NCBI GenBank assembly: GCA_964016885.1
Contig: OZ024744.1
Coordinates: forward strand, 33,852,001-33,916,000
Source: Eledone cirrhosa
Lineage: Eukaryota
Reading direction: 5' to 3'
DNA: 64,000 nucleotides
Shown: positions 42,902-54,304 of the stretch, in pieces
Layout of the letters: every line of letters starts with the position of its first letter
How positions within the stretch are numbered: position 1 is the stretch's first letter
Position numbers and translations under genes: made by a program
Notes under the pieces: model-generated
The model's input: the letters and a program-made list of their open reading frames with translations, nothing else
The model's database searches: none
What the model was told of the DNA's origin: nothing

Positions 42902-42981
<80 letters not shown>

Positions 42982-43211
42982 TATATATATACACACATAT
43001 ATATATATGTGTTTATATATATACATATATATATATACATATACATATATGTGTGTGTGTGTGTATGTTTGTGTGTGTGTGTGTGTCAACGAGTTAACCT
43101 GGGCAGGTACAAATTACTATTTTCTCATAATATAAGTGGGGGCGTATGTTTATAATCTGGCCTGAGAAAATAAGAAAAGGAAAGAAAAAAACAGGAAAAA
43201 ACAGACATAAA

Positions 43212-43301
<90 letters not shown>

Positions 43302-43307
43302 ATATAT

Positions 43308-43499
43308 ATAGGAACAAGTAAGACCCCGACGGCTGAGCTCAAGCCGTCTCGACGGCTAATTCTGAATTAGCCGTCGAAACGGCTTGAGCTCAGCCGTCGG
43401 GGTCTTACTTGTTCCTATTACCCACTCTACTACCTTAAGTATTGAGTACTTTGGTGCGTTATGGTCCACATGGTTCCTTACCACATTTCCTTCGTTATG
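43308..43499 (+). mobile_element. Fold-back element (palindrome ~43308-43418 plus tail); family member at 53762-53884
   Basis: ataggaacaagtaagaccccgacggctgagctcaagccg pairs with cggcttgagctcagccgtcggggtcttacttgttcctat. Flanked by (TA)n. Confidence 0.8.
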
Positions 43500-43589
<90 letters not shown>

Positions 43590-43718
43590 CAAATAACGAA
43601 ACGAAATTAAATTTTGTTTCGTTTGTAACTCACTTTTGTATGACTGACGCTTTAACTTTATTATATATATATATATTTATTTATATTTATATATATATAT
43701 ATATATATGTATACATAT

Positions 43719-43918
43719 NNNNNNNNNNNNNNNNNNNNNNNNNNNNNNNNNNNNNNNNNNNNNNNNNNNNNNNNNNNNNNNNNNNNNNNNNNNNNNNNNN
43801 NNNNNNNNNNNNNNNNNNNNNNNNNNNNNNNNNNNNNNNNNNNNNNNNNNNNNNNNNNNNNNNNNNNNNNNNNNNNNNNNNNNNNNNNNNNNNNNNNNNN
43901 NNNNNNNNNNNNNNNNNN
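43719..43918. other. Assembly gap (200 N)
   Basis: Run of n. Confidence 1.
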
Positions 43919-44310
43919 CCAGGACAAATTCATTTGTTCTGTGAGCTGTCCAGCTAATTGTTAGTGCACGCCTATACCATGACATTTCAAATGCACTCAG
44001 TCGTTTCAAGTCAGATGTCTTTAAAGTCCATGACTCACAAACATATAGGGCTACTGGCCACACTAATGTTTTGATTATTTTCTTTCTGGTGGACTTTGTA
44101 AGGGCTCTATCCTTCCAAAGGCTGCTGAGTGTGTTCAGGACTGTTCCTGCAGTTGCTGGTCTCACCCTTAGTTCCCAGCTTCCCTATGTCATCTACGCAA
44201 GTATTGGACCAAGGTATTTGAACTTCTCGGCATCTAAGCCTAGCATCTTGGCGCTGTATGTTCATTTCTTCCTTCTGTCTAATTGCTGCCATTATTTTTC
44301 ACTAATAAAA

Positions 44311-44497
44311 GGCGGTGGATTGGCAGTATCGGTGGTGGTCGGGACGCCATGCTTTCCAGCATAGTTACGTCCCTTTACGATCTGAGTTCAAATCCCGCCG
44401 AGGTTGACTTTGCCTTTCATCCTTACGGGGTCGATAAAATAAAGTACCAGTAATGCACTGGGTAATTGCTGGCCTTGTGCCTAAAGTAGAAACAATT
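44311..44497 (+). mobile_element. SINE family A inserted in the RTE fragment
   Basis: 16-bp TSD attatttttcactaat at 44291-44306 and 44495-44510. Confidence 0.93.
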
Positions 44498-44709
44498 ATT
44501 TTTCACTAATTGGTGTTGATCTCCACACTATATTCCCTTGAAATTCTGTAAACTTCATCCAGCAGTGTTTGTAGATTTGTTGGTGAGCTTGTTATGAACA
44601 TTATGTCGTCAACATGCCGCAGGTTGTTGATCTATTTCCCACCGACAGTAACCTCGATCCAGGAGAGCATATCTACTGACTTTCTCATCACCTCCTCAGA
44701 GTAAAGATT

Positions 44710-46006
44710 AATTTCTTTATTAGCCACAAGGGCACAAAAGAAGGGGGACAAATACAAATGGGGAGTTTACATACAGGTATATGAAAATAAAACTATTAAT
44801 AAAATAACAAATAACAATTGATATCCCCAATAAGGAGGAGGCATTACACAGGGGTTGTACACACCCCTAAAAAATGAACAACCCTCATCTCCAGGAGCAC
44901 CAAGAGTGAGTACTCTCTTCCTCTTTTTCCTCAACCTACAGGCTTATATAGAGAGAAGGCCCAACCACTGGGGTCATCTTTGCCACATTCACCCACCTTT
45001 TATAAAATTTACTGGGGTACAACACCTCTCTCTCCATCCTGATTCTTCTTTCAAAATGATATTTGAAAAAACGAATCAGTTGCTCGCCGGAGAGAAAGGT
45101 GTCTGACCTCAGCCCTTTTAACCTCGTCCACCTTATAACCTCTTTCACCATAGCCATAACACATAGGAAAACCGCCTCTCCCTCGTTTTTGAAGGTGGCG
45201 GTTTGATCTTGACAATGGACTGGGTAGTCAACTGGATTGGTCTCACCCGCGACAATAGTCGTTCTACATAGCCTCACAGGTTGGTAACGCCCGGGCAGTG
45301 TACAAATGCGTGCGCGACGGTTTCCTCGTCGCGCACGCATCTCGGACAGATCTTTTTCGAAGGGTCCCTACCCGGGCGCCCGTGTCTGTAGAGCTTGTCT
45401 CGAACTGGTAGAGCTCCTAGGTAGCACTGCCAGGCCAGGGACTTTTGGAAGTAGTCCATTGGTCCCGGGCGGAAGGTCCTACCGAACAGACTGCCCAGTT
45501 CGTCCTCTTCTACGCCTAGAGTTTCTCCGAGCGTGTCGTCGCACTTGCTGCGGACCAACCCTCTATAGAATGTCGAAGTGGAGTCTCCACTGATTGCCGG
45601 GTCCGTTTGCCAGAGGACTGTGAGCGCCTGAGCACATTCGATGTGCCAGTCGCCCATTTTCCTCGGTCTTTGCTTGACCCAGGACTGCAGCTCGGTCAGC
45701 GAGACGTGTCGTGGGAAGGCTCGCCTCACGAACGGGGCCCACACCGGTTGTCTGGTGAGGAATATGTGGGGGTGCCGCAGCCTGAGCACCGTTTTGCGCA
45801 TCGTCAGCCACGGCATCCCCATCCCTCCGTTTGAAGGGTGTTGGCAGCAGATGGATCTTCTCACCAAAGGAGCCCGTTTCTTCCAAAGGAATTGGAAGAG
45901 CGCGTGCTCCATTTTGGCTGGACAAGGCACGACGGTCAAGCGGTAGTAGATGACGGACGCTATAAAAGTGTTCGCCACCTCCGCTCGACATTTCAAGGAT
46001 AGTTTG
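44710..46006 (-). mobile_element. 5'-truncated Tx1/L1 copy inserted in the RTE fragment
   Basis: Homologous to the ORF2 C-terminus at 36922-38010. 13-bp TSD cagagtaaagatt at 44697-44709 and 46007-46019. Confidence 0.93.
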
Positions 46007-46452
46007 CAGAGTAAAGATTGAATGCTAAAGGCAACACCAGACATCCCTGTCAAACTCCCCTGTTTACTGCGAACCATTCAGTGAGCTCTGTGTCCACTCT
46101 CATTGCAGCTTGTTGCTCGTCATACAGATTCTTTAATAATTTTACCATTGTGCCGTTAACTTCCATCCCCTTCAATACGTTCAAATGCCTTTTTTCTATA
46201 ATCTACAAATGCTAAATACAATTAGAGGAATTTTTATGTCTCATTTTAAATTAAATGAATTGACGAGCGTATGTGTATGCCTGTGTCTATGTGTATGTAT
46301 GTGTATGAATGTGTGTGTGCACGAGAGAGTAAAAAGAAAGAGAGAGAGGAGAGCGAGAGTTGGGATATGTGCGTATATGTATATGCATAGGTGTGTTTAT
46401 TGTTTATTTTGTGTACGTGTGGTATATATATATCTGTCTCTTTCTCTCTCTC

Positions 46453-46613
<161 letters not shown>

Positions 46614-46813
46614 ATATATATGAGCGGAACAAGTAAACATTAAACAATCTTTTAAATAAATTAAAATACGATTTAAATATATACCTCTTCTAGTGCCATG
46701 ACCGACGGTTTCGCTTACCAAAAGATTGGAAATTCAGAGAATTTCCAATGGAAATATATATATCTGTCTCTTTCTCTCACTCTCTCTCTATATATCTATA
46801 TCTATATCTATAT

Positions 46814-47492
46814 AAATGTAAGTATGTATGTATACGTACATACATATATGTATACAGACGTACAGTAGCATGCATATATATATATACACATATATACACA
46901 CATGCACACAGGTACACATACATATATGCACGCATCAGTTTAGCCGACGTTTATTATAACGCAGCTTTGTTCGTTTGTTTGTCAACAAACAGAACAGCCT
47001 GAATTTATGCCATACGGTGTTAAGGCAACCACGTCACCTTTTTGTTCAACACTGACACAGGAACGATGTACTAGTTTCAAGCTTGTTAGCTATCATCAGC
47101 ACCGTTTACCCATCTGCCAGATAGTTGAACGTTCGAAAGTATATACTTTCCTTATGAAAATTAACGGCTCAGCAGCCTAATTTGCATATTGAGTGAGTTA
47201 AATCGGTCAGGCATACCGAAAACGATAAGTTGAAAAAAGATGAAAACGAAATTTCATTTCTCACTCTTAGTATGGCACTTACTTAAATGTAAGTATGTAT
47301 GTATACGTACATACATATATGTATACAGACGTACAGTAGCATGCATATATATATATACACATATATACACACATGCACACAGGTACACATACATATATGC
47401 ACGCATCAGTTTAGCCGACGTTTATTACTAAGAGTGAGAAATGAAATTTCGTTTTCATTTTTTTTCAACTTATCGTTTTCGGTATGCCTGAC
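46814..47492 (-). mobile_element. Partial-tandem plus inverted hammerhead-bearing element (~471-bp unit)
   Basis: 46814-46955 is repeated directly at 47285-47427, and 47206-47272 is repeated inverted at 47425-47492. One HHR lies inside. Confidence 0.8.
47062..47106 (-). ncRNA. Minimal type I hammerhead ribozyme motif
   Basis: Minus strand: aacggtg-CTGATGA-t agct aaca agct t-GAAA-ctag-TA-catcgtt. Helix I has 7 bp; helix III is palindromic (actagt). Confidence 0.88.
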
Positions 47493-47953
47493 ACGGGAGT
47501 AAATATTTCAAAAAACGTTACTCACTCATTTTCGATTAATTATTTTATTTACATCATTTTCTAAACCTGGAGCTGGAAATCATTTTGTTATTCTAAATAG
47601 AATATTAGTCCAATAATTTCTTTCATAGCATAAATGTGTTTTTGTCTTTGCAAGAAATTGTTCTTCTTGCTTTACATAATGACGTAATTATCCTCGCATA
47701 TTTTCGTCCATCGCCAGAGAACGTCTTCACGGACCAACGTATGGTTTTCCTATTTTCCTTCGGTTGTAACGTTTTTTGAAATATTTAATTATCTGTCTAC
47801 AGATTGATTTTTCTCAGCTTCAGAAGGTTACAGGGTTAAAGCAGCGATTCTTTGTTGAACATTTTCTAACCCCGAAAAAAAAACGGAAAAAAAAATATTT
47901 TACTTCCTAATAATCGTTTCTCTCTCTCTATATATATATTTATATATATATAT

Positions 47954-50110
47954 AGCAGTAGAAATTGAACCTAACAGTAGGACAGTAAACTTTTTAGATG
48001 TCACCCTAGAATTAGACTCTGGTCTCTACCGTCCATACCGCACACCTAATGAAAATCTTAAATACCCTAGGAGCATAATTAACTCAATAGTTAAAAGCGT
48101 TCCCAATAGAGTGTCCACCCTGACGGCTAATAGAACTATCTTCAACCTGCACGCGGAATACTACAACTCTGCACTTGTAAACGCTGGTTACATTGAGAAG
48201 ATTTCTTACAACGGCCCAAATAGAACCGTAACGCCGCCAAACATAACCGGCCCCTTAAAAACGAACATAGAAGAGGTCACCACACCTAGAACAAATAATA
48301 ACCTAAGACCCTCTGTAGCCGGCATGGCAGGCAGCGTTACACACAACTGCCAAGGAGATAAAGCTATACTCTCCAACCCCAATAAGGACTCCGACTATCG
48401 CACACGTTTACGTAGTAATAGAGACAAAAGACATAACGCCAACAGATTACTAGGAACCCCTATGACACATACGCCTAACCAAAACGCACGCAAACTACCA
48501 CCTAACCACAAAAACCTCACTAAACACTGCAGAGCCAGAAGTAGACCTGTCACGTGGTACAACGCCCCGTATTCTATACACGTTGCCACCAATATACCGG
48601 GAACCTTCTTCAGGGTTCTCGAACAATCTTTTCCACACACACATAAATACCACAAGCTCTTCAATAGACACACTGTAAAATTCTCTTTCTCCACAGCACC
48701 AAATCTAGGCCACACGATAGTACACACTAATAGGACAAACATACGAAAACACATGGTTGCCCCACAACAAACCACTACCACAACCCAGAACGAAACCACA
48801 TACACAACACAGCACAACAACCCACATGCCAGCTCCACACAGCATGCCGGCAACGTGCCACCACACCGGTAACACCCAACTGCAACTGCAAAAAACGGGT
48901 TGAATGCCCACTAAACGGGGAGTGCCTCGTTAAAAATATTGTTTACGGGTGCCATGTCACAGCCGCCAATAAAGAGTACTCATATATAGGTGCGACCTCC
49001 ACTACGTTTAAGGAGCGTTGGTATAACCATAGAAGCTTCTTTAAACATAGGCTGAAACGATCCCAAACCAGACTGGCCGATTTGATCTGGGACCTCAAAG
49101 ACAGGAACATCGAATCCCAGGTCACATGGTCAGTCGAAAGACGTGTGGCACAACTCCCCAGTGACAGAAACCACTGCAGGTTATGCCTGGCCGAGGCGGC
49201 AGAAATAATTAAATTAAAATCTGCCGTAAACTGTAGGTCGGACATAATTGTCAATTGTAGACACACCAGGATGAACACATTTTCTGCACAAACATTCGGC
49301 GGAGGGCCGCACACTAACCATGACCCAGCATAATAATAACCACCTCTTCCCCATCTCACCATCCCTCATCTCAGTGAATTTATTTTATTCTATTGCATGT
49401 AACCATTTGTAAGCCCGTATTTTGTATATCATGCCGCATCCATCACCCCAACCAAAAGACACATCGCCATACACCCCTCATCTTTGTAACATTGTGTTCT
49501 ATCTGTCCTCTCTGTCAGGTTTTACCTTGCAAACCATAGCAACATCTGATCCTGTAAATATAATGTCGATCATATCACCCCATCGCCACCACCACCACCA
49601 CCACCGCACACATCGTTATATATCTACCATCCCACACCCGCAACCTTACTCCCCCATGTTCCCTCTGTCTACCCTAACCTACAACCCCACGCAAAATTCG
49701 ATCCTGTAAATGTACTGTCGCACACACCACCACCGCCACCACTAGATACATCCACATACTTCAACAATCATTAACATCATTAACATCATCAACACATACA
49801 ATCCCTCACTCCCAGATCGACTGTGTTATATCTGCCCTCTGTCTGCCTTACCCTGTAACCCACCGTAACTTCTGATCATGTAATCATATTGTTGAACATA
49901 CCACCCTACCACCACCATGACCACAACACATATCGCTATACCCCCTCAAACCCTTTTCCCCGTGTTCCCTATGTCACCTTTTAACCTGTAACCCATCGTA
50001 TTATTCGATCCTGTATATTTTTGTCGCTCACAACTCCACCACCACCACCACAACAATCATTAACTTCATTAACACCGCCAACACATACCTTCCTCTCGAA
50101 CCAACGCAAG
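47954..50110 (+). mobile_element. 5'-truncated Penelope-like element (RT C-terminus, linker, GIY-YIG to 49333, repetitive 3' tail)
   Basis: VNFLDVTLEL, YYNSALVNAGY, WYNAPYS, HKYHKLFNRHTVKFSFS, CPLNGECL..IVY, YIGATSTTFKERWYNH, CRLCLAE and NCRH. Begins at (TA)n. Confidence 0.88.
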
Positions 50111-50152
50111 TGTGTGTGTCTGTGTGTAAGTATATTTTTATATATATGTACG

Positions 50153-50251
<99 letters not shown>

Positions 50252-50404
50252 ATAAATGCTCTGAAATAGCGATATATATGTGAATATAGACATAGAATAT
50301 TCGAAAATATTCTGTATGTTTATAATAAACATTTTGAAGACCTAATCGCTATAGAATAGAATACGTCACGTATTACAATTAGATTCTCGATAAAAACAAG
50401 GGAA

Positions 50405-50447
50405 GTAATCTACGCGTTTCATTCTTGTTAGAAATCATCAGGACCAC
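50405..50447 (-). ncRNA. Type I hammerhead ribozyme (also 50715-50757 and 51025-51067, minus strand)
   Basis: Reverse complement of the motif at 51377-51419. Confidence 0.88.
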
Positions 50448-51376
50448 ATATCCAGTGCTTTTATCGAGAATGACACAGCTAGAGACTTATAGAATACTTA
50501 GCTGTGTACAGGAACTGGTTTGAAAGAGCGGTTGCCGGTCCGGCAGAAATTAGAAATTGGAATAAATGCTCTGAAATAGCGATATATATGTGAATATAGA
50601 CATAGAATATTCGAAAATATTCTGTATGTTTATAATAAACATTTTGAAGACCTAATCGCTATAGAATAGAATACGTCACGTATTACAATTAGATTCTCGA
50701 TAAAAACAAGGGAAGTAATCTACGCGTTTCATTCTTGTTAGAAATCATCAGGACCACATATCCAGTGCTTTTATCGAGAATGACACAGCTAGAGACTTAT
50801 AGAATACTTAGCTGTGTACAGGAACTGGTTTGAAAGAGCGGTTGCCGGTCCGGCAGAAATTAGAAATTGGAATAAATGCTCTGAAATAGCGATATATATG
50901 TGAATATAGACATAGAATATTCGAAAATATTCTGTATGTTTATAATAAACATTTTGAAGACCTAATCGCTATAGAATAGAATACGTCACGTATTACAATT
51001 AGATTCTCGATAAAAACAAGGGAAGTAATCTACGCGTTTCATTCTTGTTAGAAATCATCAGGACCACATATCCAGTGCTTTTATCGAGAATGACACAGCT
51101 AGAGACTTATAGAATACTTAGCTGTGTACAGGAACTGGTTTGAAAGAGCGGTTGCCGGTCCGGCAGAAATTAGAAATTGGAATAAATGCTCTGAAATAGC
51201 GATATATATGTGAATATAGACATAGAATATTCGCATATATATCGCTATTTCAGAGCATTTATTCCAATTTCTAATTTCTGCCGGACCGGCAACCGCTCTT
51301 TCAAACCAGTTCCTGTACACAGCTAAGTATTCTATAAGTCTCTAGCTGTGTCATTCTCGATAAAAGCACTGGATAT

Positions 51377-51419
51377 GTGGTCCTGATGATTTCTAACAAG
51401 AATGAAACGCGTAGATTAC
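51377..51419 (+). ncRNA. Type I hammerhead ribozyme (also 51687-51729 and 51997-52039)
   Basis: gtggtc-CTGATGA-t ttc taacaa gaa t-GAAA-cgcg-TA-gattac. Helix I extends through an internal loop into gga/tcc and attctcgataaaagca/tgtttttatcgagaat. Confidence 0.88.
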
Positions 51420-52159
51420 TTCCCTTGTTTTTATCGAGAATCTAATTGTAATACGTGACGTATTCTATTCTATAGCGATTAGGTCTTCAAAATGTTTATT
51501 ATAAACATACAGAATATTTTCGAATATTCTATGTCTATATTCACATATATATCGCTATTTCAGAGCATTTATTCCAATTTCTAATTTCTGCCGGACCGGC
51601 AACCGCTCTTTCAAACCAGTTCCTGTACACAGCTAAGTATTCTATAAGTCTCTAGCTGTGTCATTCTCGATAAAAGCACTGGATATGTGGTCCTGATGAT
51701 TTCTAACAAGAATGAAACGCGTAGATTACTTCCCTTGTTTTTATCGAGAATCTAATTGTAATACGTGACGTATTCTATTCTATAGCGATTAGGTCTTCAA
51801 AATGTTTATTATAAACATACAGAATATTTTCGAATATTCTATGTCTATATTCACATATATATCGCTATTTCAGAGCATTTATTCCAATTTCTAATTTCTG
51901 CCGGACCGGCAACCGCTCTTTCAAACCAGTTCCTGTACACAGCTAAGTATTCTATAAGTCTCTAGCTGTGTCATTCTCGATAAAAGCACTGGATATGTGG
52001 TCCTGATGATTTCTAACAAGAATGAAACGCGTAGATTACTTCCCTTGTTTTTATCGAGAATCTAATTGTAATACGTGACGTATTCTATTCTATAGCGATT
52101 AGGTCTTCAAAATGTTTATTATAAACATACAGAATATTTTCGAATATTCTATGTCTATA

Positions 52160-52195
<36 letters not shown>

Positions 52196-52202
<7 letters not shown>

Positions 52203-52368
52203 ATACTTGGGGAGGGTCATATTTGTGTAATATTGCCAGAATTAATAACAGAACACACTCACTGTTTGGTTGGTTTTCGAAAAGCGAAAACCAACCAAAC
52301 AGTGAGTGTGTTCTGTTATTGATTCTGGCAATATTACACAAATATGACCCTCCCCAAGTATAACAATA
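52196..52368. repeat. Near-perfect ~170-bp palindrome; single-arm relatives at ~10100-10157 and ~25286-25345
   Basis: tattgttatacttggggagggtcatatttgtg... pairs with ...cacaaatatgaccctccccaagtataacaata. Centre ~52282. Confidence 0.9.
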
Positions 52369-52409
52369 TTTGTTTCGACACACGATTTCATATCAAAAAC
52401 CTCGCAAAA

Positions 52410-52469
<60 letters not shown>

Positions 52470-52581
52470 AATTAAAATACTAGAGTGTGTAGGAGTTAAA
52501 CACCCTCTTCGTATTATAGAAATGACAGTAAAGGTATAGCTCAATGTAATTAAACAGAGCCGAAGAATTATGAAAATAAAC

Positions 52582-52650
<69 letters not shown>

Positions 52651-53406
52651 GTGTGTGTGTATGTGTGTATGTGTATGTGTGTATATGTATATGTGTACGT
52701 GTGTGTATGTATGTGTGTATGTATGTGTATGTCTATATGTACGACACCATCTCCATTGATTCTCCCCCTCTATCTTTGTACTACGCCACCCCCACCGATA
52801 CTCCCCCTCTCTATATATATCCACACGCGCGCATGCATATATATGTGTGTGTATATATGCATATAAATATATGTATGTGTGGATGTATGTGGGCGTGTGT
52901 ATGTGTGTGTATATAAGTGTGTATGTATATATGTCAGTATATATGCGCATGTATTTGTATACAACGTATTTGTCAGACTAAGAGTGTCTAGGTATGTATC
53001 TCCCCATGGACTTTACACCACCAACACATCCACCACGCCACCACAAACGCCACTACCATAAACAACAACACCACACACAATAACCAGCCACAAATATGCG
53101 CCAACCTGTCTACCGACAATCCACTATCCCCGCACCACAGCCCAACGCAGCCAGCGACCGTCACCACCATCTTATCACACCCACCCCCACATACACTACA
53201 GGCGAAAGTCAATCCGCCACCCCTACATCATAGCCCATCGCAGCCAGCGACCGTCACCAACATCTCATCACATCCACCCCTACATACACTACAGGCCAAT
53301 ACATCCCTTTGATCTTTTCCACCAATCAAAACAACTCATATTGTCAAACTTATGAACTTCTGACTTTATCATATAGCGTGTATTCATTTTCTTATAGCAT
53401 TTTAAA

Positions 53407-53493
53407 GGGTCCGTCGAGCTGCCGATTATTGAGTCGGGTAAGATCGATACAGCTCGAACCTTGAGCTGATCAGTGGCGAAACGCGCGTCACCT
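53407..53493 (+). ncRNA. Diverged hammerhead-like motif with branched helix II
   Basis: gggt-CCGTCGA-gctgc[cgatt..agtcg; cagctc/gagctg]gtggc-GAAA-cgcgcg-TC-acct. The core differs from CTGACGA at two positions. Confidence 0.5.
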
Positions 53494-53540
53494 ACCAATA
53501 AATGTAATGAAGGAATAACCAATCGTCCTTGTAATCCTTT

Positions 53541-53608
53541 CAATATATTACACTCTGTATAACTCTACACCTCAACAGGTGTAGAGTTATACAGAGTGTA
53601 ATATATTG
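53541..53608. repeat. Perfect palindrome, followed by inverted and direct repeats of gtgtagtacagtgaattactc (53615, 53740, 53908)
   Basis: caatatattacactctgtataactctacacct caac aggtgtagagttatacagagtgtaatatattg. Confidence 0.9.
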
Positions 53609-53674
53609 TGTGTGTGTGTAGTACAGTGAATTACTCATGTTGCTACCAAATCAAGCACTCTATGCACAGTCCAG

Positions 53675-53716
<42 letters not shown>

Positions 53717-54138
53717 CATGAGTAATTCACTGTACTACACACACACACACACACACACACACGAAACGGCTTGAGCTCTGCCGTCAGGGTCATACTTTTT
53801 CCTATTACCCACTCTACTACCCTAAGTATTGAGTACTCTGGTGCGTTATGATCCATCTGGTTCCTTACCACAATTCCTTTGTTATATATATATATATAGT
53901 GTGTGTGTGTGTAGTACAGTGAATTACTCGTGTTGTTACCAAATCAAACACTCTATGCACAGACAAAATATATATAATAGAAAAAAAAAGGTTTCGTTTA
54001 CATATAAAAAAAATATTTATTGTGTATCGACCTGTTACGAGTCCATAACTCCTATAGTTTACCTTGAGTCAATCTTCTACGGAACGCGCATAGTAGGTCG
54101 ATACGCAATAAAAATCTCTCTATATATAAATCCCCCTT

Positions 54139-54285
<147 letters not shown>

Positions 54286-54304
54286 GTAAATCTATCTATC
54301 TATC

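Larger units (their letters stand above)
43919..46210 (-). mobile_element. Decayed RTE-clade LINE RT fragment in three pieces (46007-46210, 44498-44709, 43919-44306)
   Basis: GV*QGCLVLPLAFNLYSEEVMRK, INNLRHVDD, LVWPVALYVCESWTL..DLKRLSAFEMSWYRRALTISW. Confidence 0.85.
50246..52163. mobile_element. Head-to-head array of near-identical 310-bp units, each with a hammerhead ribozyme (retrozyme/pseudo-LTR-like)
   Basis: aataaatgctctgaaatagcg occurs at 50251, 50561, 50871 and 51181. The array inverts at ~51210/51234, followed by three inverted units to 52163. (TA)n on both sides. Confidence 0.93.

Noticed and set aside
50246-52163. CRISPR-like or rDNA/snRNA tandem array
   Set aside because: Units are 310 bp with no unique spacers, there are no cas genes, and I see no resemblance to 5S or snRNA sequences.
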